This document shows positions 22,401-30,018 of a stretch of DNA of 64,000 nucleotides, piece after piece. How positions within the stretch are numbered: the first letter of the stretch is position 1; every line of letters starts with the position of its first letter. Below the pieces are notes generated by a model. The model did no database searches. It was not told the origin of the DNA and saw nothing but the letters and a program-made list of their open reading frames with translations. This stretch comes from an uncultured beta proteobacterium (GTDB lineage Bacteria > Pseudomonadota > Gammaproteobacteria > Burkholderiales > SG8-39), in contig CAVTJG010000009.1 in NCBI GenBank assembly GCA_963735025.1, forward strand, positions 744,122-808,121. Reading direction: 5' to 3'. The position numbers were made by a program, and so were the translations under genes.

Positions 22401-22523
22401 CGTGCGTACGCCAAGGAAATCGGCGTCAACGTGTATCTGGGCAAGCCTTTCCAGGAGGAAGAGCTCCTCGGGCACATCGCCACGTTCGTGGGCAAGGCCC
22501 ACACCGCCACGGACCCGGTGTAG
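16443..22523 (+). CDS. chpA: hybrid CheA-type histidine kinase ChpA (PilL) of the Pil-Chp pathway
   Basis: 2026-aa ORF with at least four Hpt-type motifs (HQAHGALQIVG, FHTLKGSGRMVG, AHTLAGIAGTV, LHTLKGSARMCG). It has kinase N/G boxes (HMLRNSVAHGIE, DDGAGL, GRGVGMDVV), a CheW-like domain and a C-terminal receiver (VMIVDDS...DIEMPRMDG...GKPF). An SD (GAGAGGAG, 16461-16468) suggests the true start may be GTG 16479. Confidence 0.9.
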   Translation: MRSSDSERSGLTVAGEFDIGPLTWVKGEIDQALEKSLGCLRAYAANPAETTQLKFCRTHFHQAHGALQIVGLDGVTRVSEELEGLIGETEKSGAPPKPEMLAAAERTYEAISAYLDQLLAGEPNQPLLLFAVYRDLAAARGKDSADPVDLYYPDLSHRPPRRERAPSAHTGDALIQHYRDARARYQRGLLKLLKKDPTGAEDMRAAVTAVEAAQSVPAQRTFWWVALGFFDALVARAMPDNPTLMRLCNRIEHQLKRLVEGSTNVAERLTREALFAVARARPATEHLRQVQETFELAGSIPGSFELKSESAGQLPGVRAMRELVTQAKTSWNKAASGHQGSLAAFRDQTAQLAKRAAESGDDLLKALATDMAITAKWLGDSPDKVTDAVAMEVATALLLVENATENYARLGDEFKQQVALMRGRLQGVMQGKMPEGAAPVLDEMSRRAQERLLMSHVVGEINASLRSVEQALDAFFRDSSQRPELVALDKPMRQVLGALTMLNEDRAAAALSTCAAEIQRFASPDYAPAQSDFERVAGTLSGLGFYVDSLQHGKTDFDAFMLPIGARKEAPAEEAETAQASASVEAGLAKGKREVQELFERWKKEPGDAALKAKLEENLQALQKDASLTAEGALESRVAEMLAVLKKSDAKTFDPVATQTLEGITPASAEPPPSAKTEELVSASAEKVDAELLAVYLEEAGEVLATIGASVEQVRGELHNIEELRTIRRGFHTLKGSGRMVGLTRLGEAAWAVEQVMNKWLEEESPATPDLLRLVAEAQSFFGAAVEDLKCGGAGPDEAAIVALSQQVKSGEPLGETASAQSAPVSAPEAPVEVTEAPVFEEQAAAPAIEEVAEAPDTPVIEEVAEAPDTPAIEPQESVPFELAETLTVPQESAPEVDFPAFELPGESPAPAIDLPDFDLPIGAPEAEVLQPAAAPSDAPPPAKEPALGPISLDFSLPMSTLNAEPDAQQTPPPAETPPVEELLPSAMTPADDDADNTVHIGDVELSHSLYDIFKSESREHLDGIAAALREVEGGAPVSIDFRRAAHTLAGIAGTVNFDGMWAVGHALEHMLHRAQDRALDGAELGTARDALAKLEEMAAAVAAGVAPLPDPDLVARIEATGDALADSAALSDPGESDDTLTLPGGAGDEDALDFTALAPEGESAPAAPAAPANVVSFPAPAEVAESPPADVKVEEIPVERRRSPREEAAREAPAAPRAEHGPDVTVEEIPVERRQRRLDDDIDPELLPIFLEEAHELIPAVGQGLRDWRASPENAAAGQGLQRVLHTLKGSARMCGAMALGELTHSMETKIENAMALKTPPDSLFDEFDAAYDRMGLLFERMQLPEALAPAAPEPAPEPAEPAEVEPDVEPVSEAAASEVPDVDAPQPAEPAPARASAALPAARPAGVEPDPALQTRAMLRVRAEVIDRLVNEAGEVSIARSRIEGELRALKGALSELTDNTNRLRTQLREIEIQAESQMQSRLSQVQEVETPFDPLEFDRFTRFQEITRMMAESVNDVATVQQNILRAVGDADGALSAQSRLTRGLQTDLMRIRMVPFSSVADRLYRVVRQAAKETDKRAVLDIRGGQVELDRSVLERITAPFEHMLRNSVAHGIEAPATRIERSKPELGEIKIEVRQEGNEIMLMVSDDGAGLNLPRILEKARALGLVEPDQTPTNAEIADFIFHPGFSTAAEVSQLAGRGVGMDVVKSEAAALGGRIETHTELGKGTRFLIYLPLTLAVTQAVLVRAGPVRFAIPAVMVEQVRQVKTPELAACTESGEAQWQNRSYPFRYLPRLLGDFDSLPEQKRFHSIMFVRSGANVVAIHVDEVAGAQEIVVKNTGPLLSRIAGITGATVLGSGEIVLIINPVILAGREPIEFSSTDAPVVAREEAPILTIPTVMIVDDSLTVRKITGRLLSREGFHVLTAKDGVDAVEQLQETLPDVMLVDIEMPRMDGFDLTRAVRGDPRLRHIPIIMITSRTAERHRAYAKEIGVNVYLGKPFQEEELLGHIATFVGKAHTATDPV
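18984..19064 (+). repeat. 36-bp in-frame tandem repeat (2.25 copies) inside chpA
   Basis: gYaatcgaggaagtggcggaagcgccggacactccg occurs at 18984-19019 and 19020-19055, with a partial third copy to 19064. It encodes IEEVAEAPDTP(V/A) twice in a Pro/Ala/Glu-rich linker. Confidence 0.9.
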
Positions 22524-22549
22524 ACCCGAACCGCGAAGATCCGCGGGCG

Positions 22550-23611
22550 CTAGCGCACCGATTCGAGCGGGCGCGTCTCGCCGTGCTTCAGCACCCAGAA
22601 CGCGTCGCTCGACAATCCTCGCGCGGCGAGCGCTGCGCGCAGGCGCTCCGGCGGCTCGTACAGCGACTCGTCAGTGAGATCGTCGAAGGTCCCCCAGTGG
22701 ATCGCGACCGACTGCCGCGCGCCGAGATCGAGATGGATCTGCACGGCTTCCTCGGGATCGACGTGCATGACCCGCATGAACCAGCGCGGAGCGTAGCCGC
22801 CGATCGGGATGGCGGCGAGATCGATCGTGCCGACGCGCGCGGCGATATCGCGGAAGTCGGGCGAGTATCCGGTGTCTCCGGCGAAAAAGAACCGCAGTCC
22901 GGAACCTTCGACGACGAAGCCGCCCCACAACGTCTGGTTGCGGTCCCACGGCGTGCGCGCGCTCCAGTGCTGCACGGGCACAAACCGGATCACGACGCTA
23001 TCGAGGCTGCGTGAGTCCCACCAGTCCATTTCTTCCACGTTCGTGATGCCGAGCGTGGCGAACCAGGGCTTGAGCCCGAGGCCGACGTAGAAGCGTGGCG
23101 GGCCGCCAGCCTGCTTGGCGAGGGCCCGTACCGATGCTTCGTCGAGATGATCGTAGTGGCTGTGCGAGACCAGCACGGCATCGATGTGCGGTAGCTTGGC
23201 GAGCGGAATCGCCGGCTCGACCACGCGCCTCGGCCCCACGCTGGAAAGCGGCGATGCGCGCAGCGAGAACTGCGGGTCGGTGAGGATATTCAGCCCGCCG
23301 ACACGCAGGAGCAACGTCGCATGACCGATCCATGTAACGCTCGGATTTGCGAGCGCGACTGGGTTTGCCTGCTGCTCGACCTCGAATCGATACCCGCCTT
23401 CCGGCTTTTTCGGCAGGCCGTCGCGCATTTGCTCCCACTTCCATTTCCAGAAGCTCCGGCCGCTTTCGTGCGGGTAGTTGTTGCGGAACCCCTCGGGCGT
23501 GTGATGTGGTTTCGAAGGATCGAAATACGGGTTCGACATCGTGCATCCGGCGAGGACGCTCGCCAGCAGAGTTGGCAGGAATCGTACCAGTCGTGTCATT
23601 GGCTGAATCAT
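22550..23611 (-). CDS. MBL-fold metallo-hydrolase lipoprotein (NAPE-PLD-like)
   Basis: ORF 22550..23764, with the likely start at ATG 23611 or 23599. It has a lipobox (LLASVLAGC) and the HxHxDH motif (VLVSHSHYDHLD). Confidence 0.8.
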   Translation of the reverse strand: MIQPMTRLVRFLPTLLASVLAGCTMSNPYFDPSKPHHTPEGFRNNYPHESGRSFWKWKWEQMRDGLPKKPEGGYRFEVEQQANPVALANPSVTWIGHATLLLRVGGLNILTDPQFSLRASPLSSVGPRRVVEPAIPLAKLPHIDAVLVSHSHYDHLDEASVRALAKQAGGPPRFYVGLGLKPWFATLGITNVEEMDWWDSRSLDSVVIRFVPVQHWSARTPWDRNQTLWGGFVVEGSGLRFFFAGDTGYSPDFRDIAARVGTIDLAAIPIGGYAPRWFMRVMHVDPEEAVQIHLDLGARQSVAIHWGTFDDLTDESLYEPPERLRAALAARGLSSDAFWVLKHGETRPLESVR

Positions 23612-23742
23612 GAAGATCGATACGCGCGCTTGGCGCGCTCGTATCGCTCCAGGCTCCGATGGAACAAGGGAGCACACCCCCTTGTATATCCCCCAATCAT
23701 GAAGATCGAAACGCGCGCTTGGCGCGCTCGTATCGCTCCAGG
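23606..23742. repeat. 48-bp direct duplication of the phr 3' end / MBL start junction flanking a 41-bp hairpin insert
   Basis: aatcatgaagatcgaWacgcgcgcttggcgcgctcgtatcgctccagg occurs at 23606-23653 and 23695-23742 (47/48 identical). The spacer 23654-23694 contains cccccttgtatatccccc, the reverse complement of the GGGGGATATACAAGGGGG motif. Confidence 0.85.
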
Positions 23743-25142
23743 GTGAGTTTCCTCGCGACCGCATGATCGACGATCGGCGACGGGTAGTCGCGGCCGATCA
23801 CGCACCCGCATGCGGACTGCTCGGGACCCGACATTTGCCAGGGCGCGTGGATGAATTTGTCGGGGACCCTGGCGAGCTCCGGAAGGTAGTGACGGATGAA
23901 CCTACCGCCTCCATCGAATTTTTCCGATTGCGTCACCGGATTGAAGATCCGGAAATACGGCTGCGCATCGCACCCCGTCGATGCGGCCCATTGCCAGCCG
24001 CCGTTGTTGGCGGCAAGGTCGAAGTCGTTGAGTTGTTCGGCGAAGTACTTTTCGCCCCAGCGCCAGTCCACGAGAAGATCCTTCACGAGGAAGGACGCGA
24101 CCACCATCCGCAAGCGGTTGTGCATGTAGCCGGTGCGGTTGATCTGCCGCATCGCTGCGTCCACCAGGGGATAGCCGGTGCGTGCCTCGCACCATGCGGC
24201 GAACCGCACCGGATCGTTTTCGAACTCGACGTCCTCGAGCTCGTGCTTGAATGCATGCCCGACGACGCGCGGGTGATGATGCAGGATCATGAAATAGAAA
24301 TCCCGCCAGACGAGCTCGGAAAGCCAAGTCTCGGCGCCGCGTCCGCCGATCGCGTGCGCGCGGCCGGCGAGTTCGCGGATCGAGATCGTCCCGAACCGGA
24401 GATGCACCGAAAGATACGACGGTCCGTGCAGCGCAGGATAGTCGCGGCGTTCGTGGTACTTGTCGATCCGCGCGAGAAACGCATCGAACAGCGCACGTGC
24501 GCCGGATATCCCGGTCGGGATCGGAAGATCGGTGAGGTTGGTGCGCCGAAAGCCGAGATCCTCGAGGGCGGGCATCTGCCGTACGCGGGGACGGGCGAGA
24601 CATCCGAGGCGGTCGGCGACGGGATGCGCGGCGAGATCGGCCACCGAAAGGCGCCGCAGCCAGGCGTTCTTGTACGGCGTAAAGACGGAGAACGGCGTGC
24701 CCGTCGCGGTGAGCAGCTCGTCGCGCTCGAACATGACCTGGTCCTTGACGGTCTCGAAGCCGATTCCCTGTTCCTCGAGCGCCTCCTGCACGGCCGCGTC
24801 CCGCGCGCAGGCCGCAGGCTCGTAGTCGCGGTTCGCGTACACCGTTGCGACGCCCAGAGCTGCCGCGAGCCGGGGCACTTCCACGCGCGCCCGGCCGTGG
24901 AGCACAATGAGCCCTCCGCCGCGCTCCGCGAGCGCATCGTCGAGCTCGCGAGCCGCGTGCCAGATGAATTCGACTCGCCGGTCGAAGCGCTCGGGGAGCA
25001 GGTCGAGGATCTCGGTATCGAAGCAGAATGCGCAGTACACCGCGCCGGACGCTTCAAGCGCACGGGACAGGGCGGCGTGGTCGGTCAGGCGCAGATCGCG
25101 TCGGTACCATACCAGGACGGGCTTTCTGGACGTGGACGACAT
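23697..25142 (-). CDS. phrB: deoxyribodipyrimidine photolyase
   Basis: 481-aa ORF with an N-terminal LVWYRRDLRLTDHAAL motif and an FAD-binding C-terminal region (WRDFYF, GYMHNRLRM, NNGGWQW). Confidence 0.9.
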   Translation of the reverse strand: MSSTSRKPVLVWYRRDLRLTDHAALSRALEASGAVYCAFCFDTEILDLLPERFDRRVEFIWHAARELDDALAERGGGLIVLHGRARVEVPRLAAALGVATVYANRDYEPAACARDAAVQEALEEQGIGFETVKDQVMFERDELLTATGTPFSVFTPYKNAWLRRLSVADLAAHPVADRLGCLARPRVRQMPALEDLGFRRTNLTDLPIPTGISGARALFDAFLARIDKYHERRDYPALHGPSYLSVHLRFGTISIRELAGRAHAIGGRGAETWLSELVWRDFYFMILHHHPRVVGHAFKHELEDVEFENDPVRFAAWCEARTGYPLVDAAMRQINRTGYMHNRLRMVVASFLVKDLLVDWRWGEKYFAEQLNDFDLAANNGGWQWAASTGCDAQPYFRIFNPVTQSEKFDGGGRFIRHYLPELARVPDKFIHAPWQMSGPEQSACGCVIGRDYPSPIVDHAVARKLTLERYERAKRAFRSS

Positions 25143-25319
25143 GGTGCGGTTGCGGGCTGGTGGTTGCGGAAGGGACTGTGCAGATCAGAATTCTGTGAAC
25201 TCCTGAGCGATGGCGCTCGCGGTGCCTGCCGAAGCTGAGCCGCATGCGATCATAAGATAGGTTCTATTCTCCCGTTGTGGGCGAACGGACATCATGACGA
25301 CGGCGCAAGGACAATGCGA

Positions 25320-26860
25320 ATGAAGAACGAAGAACCGGTCGTGATTCGCGGCGGGCGCGTTTACGCAGCGGCGGGCGGCAATGCCCACTGTCCGCGGACA
25401 TTCTCGTTGCCGGTGACACGATCGCAGCCATCGGACCGGCGGGCATGAAGGCGCCGGCCGGCGCGAAGAAGATCGACGCACGGGGCATGCTGCTGCACCC
25501 GGGGCTGGTGAATGCGCACGTGCACGGACACGGCAATCTCGCCAAGGGCATGGGCGACTTGTGGACGCTCGAGCTGCTGCTGGTCGCCGGCCCGTGGATC
25601 ACCGGCAACCGCGCTGCGGAGGACAAGTACCTCGGCACGCTTATCGGGGCGACCGAGATGCTGCTGAAGGGCTGCACCGCGTGCTACGACCTCACCCTCG
25701 AGATCCCGATACCCACGCCCGACGGCCTCGAGGCGTGCGCGCAGGCCTACGCGGACGCCGGGATGCGCACGGTGGTCGCGCCGATGGTGGCGGACGCAAG
25801 CTTTTACGAATCCATTCCCGGCCTGGTCGACGCGCTGCCGCCGGCGCTGCGGAAGGAAGTGGAGCGGTTCCAGCTCGCGCCCCGCAAGCAAACCCTCGCC
25901 GCCATGCGCAAGTCGCTGCGCGCATGGAAGTTCGACTACGATCGTGCGCGGCCGGCGGTTGCGCCGACCATTCCGCATCACTGCAGCGACGCGTTCATGC
26001 GCGACTGCGCCGCGCTGGCGAAGGACTTCGGCGTGGGACTGCACAGCCATGTGCAGGAATCGAAGGTGCAGGTCATCGTCGGCCTGCAGCGCTACGGCAA
26101 GACGCAGACCGCGCACCTCGAGGATCTCGGCTTGCTCGGGCCCGAATTCACGGTCGCGCACGGCGTGTGGCTCGACGATGAGGACATGCGCCGCCTCGCG
26201 GATCACGGCGCCTCCGTCGCGCATAACCCGGGCAGCAACATGCGCCTCGGCAGTGGCATTGCCGACGTGCGCGGCATGCTCCGGCACAAGGTCAATGTAG
26301 GGATCGGAACGGACGGCGCGAACTGCTCCGATAACCTGAACATGTACGAGGCGATGCGATTCGCGTCGCTCGCCTCCAAGGTGCAAGGCCCCGACACGGA
26401 ACAGTGGCTGAAGACTACCGAAGTGATGCAAGCGGCGACTTCTGGCAGCGCGCGCGCGCTCGGCTTCGAGGGCAAGATCGGTCGTCTGGAAGCGGGCTAC
26501 AAGGCGGACATCGTGTTTCTCGAACTCACGCATCCCAACTGGCTACCCTTCAATGATGCGACGAACCAGCTCGTGCACACGGAAGACGGTGGAGGTGTTC
26601 ACTCCGTGATGGTCGGCGGGAGGATGGTCGTCGCGGCGCGGCGCCCGCTGAACGTCGATCTGGCGAAGCTCGCGCGGCAGGCCGAGAAGGCGCGCGAGCG
26701 GCTCGAGCGCGCGAATCGCGGCAACCGGGCGCTGTACGAGCGACTCGAGGGAATCGTCAACCGGTTCTGCCCGGGGCTCGCGCGCACGCCGTACCACATC
26801 GACCGCTACGCGGGCGGCCATTACGAGCACCAGCACGCGAATCCGCACCGCCAGAAGTAG
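25320..26860 (+). CDS. amidohydrolase (cytosine/guanine-deaminase or chlorohydrolase-like family) with an apparent N-terminal frameshift
   Basis: The intact ORF is 25445..26860, with the metal motif LVNAHVHGH. The expected N-terminal strand is split. MKNEEPVVIRGGRVYAAAGGNAH reads from ATG 25320 in another frame, and ADILVAGDTIAAIGPAG reads in the main frame. This implies a 1-nt indel near 25389-25397. Confidence 0.75.
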
Positions 26861-26919
26861 GGCGGGCGTCGGCCTGACCCGTTGTACATTTCCGGCAAGC
26901 AGCCCTAGCGAGGAGCGCA

Positions 26920-27495
26920 ATGGCCATGCAGCTGCCAGTGAAGAGGTGGTTCACCTTCGTCGACGAGACCGAGGACCCGAGCGGGAATGACCCGCTCAGA
27001 AAGGTCGCGGTCGTGGCGGTCGTTGCGAACCCATGCGCGGGGCGCTACGTCGAGGACCTGAAGCCCATGATCGAGGCAAGCGGCGAGCTCGGTCGCCGGA
27101 TCGCCGAGCGTGCGGTGCAGGCGATGGGCCCCTACCGGGCGTTGAGCTATGGAAAGGGCGGCATCGTGGGCACCGCCGGGGAGCAGGAGCACGTCAATGC
27201 CCTGCTGACCACCGCTTTCGCCGAACCGCTGCGCCTGGCAATGGGCGGCGCGAAGGCCTGGATTTCCTCGATGACCAAGCGTGGCACACCGGGTACCACC
27301 ATCGACATCCCGTTCAACCACAAGGACGCGCTCTACGTGCGCTCCTTCTATGACGGTATCACGCTGACCCTGCACGATGCTCCGGCGCCCGACGAGATCG
27401 CCGTGATCGCAGGCCTTGCAAACCGCGGCCGCATCGGCGCCAGGGTGGGCGGCCTGCGACCCGAGGACGTGAAGGGTACGGACGGCCTGGTCTGA
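26920..27495 (+). CDS. amino-acid-synthesis family protein (DUF1185-like)
   Basis: 191-aa ORF with a strong SD (GAGGAG). The sequence (VAVVAVVANPCAG..., YGKGGIVGTAGEQEH, RGRIGARVGG) resembles the AA_synth/DUF1185 family as I recall it. This is not verifiable here. Confidence 0.65.
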   Translation: MAMQLPVKRWFTFVDETEDPSGNDPLRKVAVVAVVANPCAGRYVEDLKPMIEASGELGRRIAERAVQAMGPYRALSYGKGGIVGTAGEQEHVNALLTTAFAEPLRLAMGGAKAWISSMTKRGTPGTTIDIPFNHKDALYVRSFYDGITLTLHDAPAPDEIAVIAGLANRGRIGARVGGLRPEDVKGTDGLV

Positions 27496-27545
27496 ATTCT
27501 CGGTCGCGCGCCGGCCGCCCGGGTTTGAAAGTAGAATAGCGCAAC

Positions 27546-28106
27546 GTGCGGGCCGTCAATCTCACCCACCATTTTCTGATCGCGATGCCGGCGATGGTGG
27601 ACCCGTACTTTGCGCGCACCCTCACGTACGTTTGCGAGCACAACGACCAGGGCGCGCTCGGCGTCGTGATCAACCGACCCATCGAGTTGACTCTCGCGGG
27701 GCTCTTCGAGAGACTCGAGCTGAAGCTCGACGTGGCGGATCTGCGCGAGCTCCCTGTTTACTTCGGTGGCCCGGTCCAGACCGATCGGGGATTCGTCCTG
27801 CACAATCCGGCCGGCGAGTGGAGCTCGTCGCTGCCGGTGCGCGACGGAATCGCGCTCACCACCTCCCGCGACATCCTCGAGGCGGTCGGCAACGGCGCCG
27901 GTCCGGGCAAGTTGCTGATCACACTCGGCTACGCCGGCTGGGGCGCGGGCCAGCTCGAGCACGAGATGCAGCAGAACGCCTGGCTCACGGTCGAGGCGCA
28001 AGCGCACATCATCTTCGACCTGCCTGCCGAAGAGCGGATGGCCGCGGCGATGGAGCTCATCGGCGTGTCGTACGCGAGCCTGTCGGACGAGGCGGGTCAT
28101 GCATGA
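27546..28106 (+). CDS. YqgE/AlgH family protein (UPF0301)
   Basis: 186-aa ORF with an N-terminal [40 protein letters not shown], matching the AlgH family. Confidence 0.88.
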   Translation: MRAVNLTHHFLIAMPAMVDPYFARTLTYVCEHNDQGALGVVINRPIELTLAGLFERLELKLDVADLRELPVYFGGPVQTDRGFVLHNPAGEWSSSLPVRDGIALTTSRDILEAVGNGAGPGKLLITLGYAGWGAGQLEHEMQQNAWLTVEAQAHIIFDLPAEERMAAAMELIGVSYASLSDEAGHA

Positions 28107-28118
28107 TGGTCGTCGATC

Positions 28119-28541
28119 ATGAGGAGCGAAACGTTGCTCGCGTTCGATTTCGGTGAGCGATACCTCGGTGTCGCGGTAGGCGACACGGAAGTGGGCATGG
28201 CACATCCGCTCGCCAGCATCGATGCGCGTGCCGCCGCGCCGCGTTTCAGGGCCGTCGCGGAGTTCATAGCCGAGTGGAAGCCGACCCGCCTGGTCGTCGG
28301 ACTGCCGCTCACGCTCGACGGCGAGGCGCACGACGTGACGCGCAAGGCCGAGCGGTTTGCGCGCCAGCTTCAGGGCCGTTTCGGATTGCCTGTGACGATG
28401 CAGGACGAGCGGCTCTCTTCGGTCGAGGCCGAATCGCGGTTGCGTGCAATCGGGCGCGGCGGTCGCCGGCACAAAGACCTTACCCATCCGATCGCCGCGC
28501 AGGTCATTCTGCAGGCCTATTTTGACGAGGCCGCCCGATGA
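28119..28541 (+). CDS. ruvX: Holliday junction resolvase-like protein RuvX (YqgF)
   Basis: 140-aa ORF with LAFDFGERYLGVAVGD and LVVGLPLTLDGE motifs. Confidence 0.9.
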   Translation: MRSETLLAFDFGERYLGVAVGDTEVGMAHPLASIDARAAAPRFRAVAEFIAEWKPTRLVVGLPLTLDGEAHDVTRKAERFARQLQGRFGLPVTMQDERLSSVEAESRLRAIGRGGRRHKDLTHPIAAQVILQAYFDEAAR

Positions 28542-29038
28542 GCGTCGTACTTCCCGATGCCGAGAAGGTCTACACGGACCTCTGCGCGCGCCTGAAGCAG
28601 GCGGTGACCGCGGAGACCGTCATGATCGGTATCCAGACCGGCGGCGCGTGGGTGGCCGAGCGCCTGCATCGTGACCTCGGAATCGCGACGCTGCTCGGCA
28701 CGTTGAACATATCGTTCTATCGCGACGACTACTCGAGCTCCGGGTTGCACTCCAACGTCCGCCCCAGCCAGATCCCCTTCGACGTGAGCGGCAAGCGGAT
28801 CCTGCTGGTGGACGACGTTCTCTACACCGGTCGCACCGTACGCGGCGCGATGAACGAGCTCTTCGACTACGGGCGTCCCGATACGATCGAGCTCGTAGTG
28901 CTCATCGACCGTGGCGCGCGGCAGCTGCCGATCTGCGCGCAGTTCATCGGTGAGACCGTCTCGGTTCCGAAGGGCGCGAAGCTCGATCTGCGGCGCGACG
29001 ACGCGGGCCGTCTCTCGCTGCACCTAGAAGAAAAATAG
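28538..29038 (+). CDS. pyrR: bifunctional pyr operon regulator / uracil phosphoribosyltransferase PyrR
   Basis: 166-aa ORF with the PRPP-binding loop [17 protein letters not shown]. It overlaps the ruvX stop. Confidence 0.9.
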   Translation: MSVVLPDAEKVYTDLCARLKQAVTAETVMIGIQTGGAWVAERLHRDLGIATLLGTLNISFYRDDYSSSGLHSNVRPSQIPFDVSGKRILLVDDVLYTGRTVRGAMNELFDYGRPDTIELVVLIDRGARQLPICAQFIGETVSVPKGAKLDLRRDDAGRLSLHLEEK

Positions 29039-29042
29039 CCGG

Positions 29043-30011
29043 ATGCGCAACCCGCAACTGAACGAGAAAGGCGAGCTGCAGCATCTGCTCAACGTGGAAG
29101 GACTGCCGCGCGAGCACCTCGTGCGCATCCTCGACACTGCGGCGTCGTTCGTCGGCGTGACCGAGCGCGAGGTGAAGAAGGTACCGCTCCTGCGCGGCAA
29201 GAGCGTGTTCAACCTCTTCTTCGAGCCTTCGACCCGCACGCGCACGACGTTCGAGATTGCCGCGAAGCGACTCTCCGCCGACGTAATCAACCTGAACATC
29301 AGCACTTCGTCGCAGTCGAAGGGCGAGACGCTGCTCGACACCATCGACAACCTCGCGGCGATGCACGCCGACATGTTCGTCGTGCGGCACGCGGCGAGCG
29401 GCGCGGCCCACCTCATCGCACGGCACGTGGCGCCGCATCATCACGTGATCAACGCGGGCGACGGCCGCCACGCGCATCCCACGCAGGGGCTGCTGGACGC
29501 ATACACCATTCGCCACTACAAGCAGGATTTCACGCGGCTCTCCGTCGCGATCGTGGGCGACATCCTGCACTCGCGAGTTGCGCGGTCGCTGATCCACGCG
29601 CTGAACATCCTCGGGACGCCCGACGTGCGGGCCATCGCCCCGCAGACGCTCTTGCCGACGGGCGTCGAGCAGCTCGGCGTGAAGGTGTTTCACGACATGA
29701 ATGAGGGGCTGCGTGACGTGGACGTGGTGGTGATGTTGCGCCTGCAGAACGAGCGCATGAGAGGGCCCCTGCTGCCCTCCGCACAGGAATTTTTCAAGTG
29801 CTATGGCCTCACGGCAGAGAAGCTCACGCTCGCGAAACCCGACGCGATCGTCATGCACCCCGGACCCATGAATCGCGGCGTCGAGATCGATTCCTCGGTT
29901 GCCGACGGCGGACAGGCCGTCATTCTCCCGCAAGTCACCTTCGGCATCGCGGTTCGCATGGCGGTGATGTCCATCCTGGGCGGCGGCAGCGCAGGCCGGA
30001 GCGAGGAGTGA
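29043..30011 (+). CDS. pyrB: aspartate carbamoyltransferase catalytic subunit
   Basis: 322-aa ORF with STRTR, HPTQ and HPGP motifs. Confidence 0.95.
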   Translation: MRNPQLNEKGELQHLLNVEGLPREHLVRILDTAASFVGVTEREVKKVPLLRGKSVFNLFFEPSTRTRTTFEIAAKRLSADVINLNISTSSQSKGETLLDTIDNLAAMHADMFVVRHAASGAAHLIARHVAPHHHVINAGDGRHAHPTQGLLDAYTIRHYKQDFTRLSVAIVGDILHSRVARSLIHALNILGTPDVRAIAPQTLLPTGVEQLGVKVFHDMNEGLRDVDVVVMLRLQNERMRGPLLPSAQEFFKCYGLTAEKLTLAKPDAIVMHPGPMNRGVEIDSSVADGGQAVILPQVTFGIAVRMAVMSILGGGSAGRSEE

Positions 30012-30018
30012 ATCAGGT

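Noticed and set aside
23606-23742. The A-spacer-A structures here and at 60421-60605, considered as a mini CRISPR array or a diversity-generating retroelement (TR/VR pair).
   Set aside because: Against CRISPR: each locus has only two repeat copies, the repeats are ordinary coding sequence of the neighbouring genes, the spacers share a common motif and no cas genes are present. Against a DGR: no reverse transcriptase is in the window, the repeats are only 43-48 bp and there is just one mismatch per pair. Each mismatch does involve an A in the downstream copy, which I regard as coincidence.
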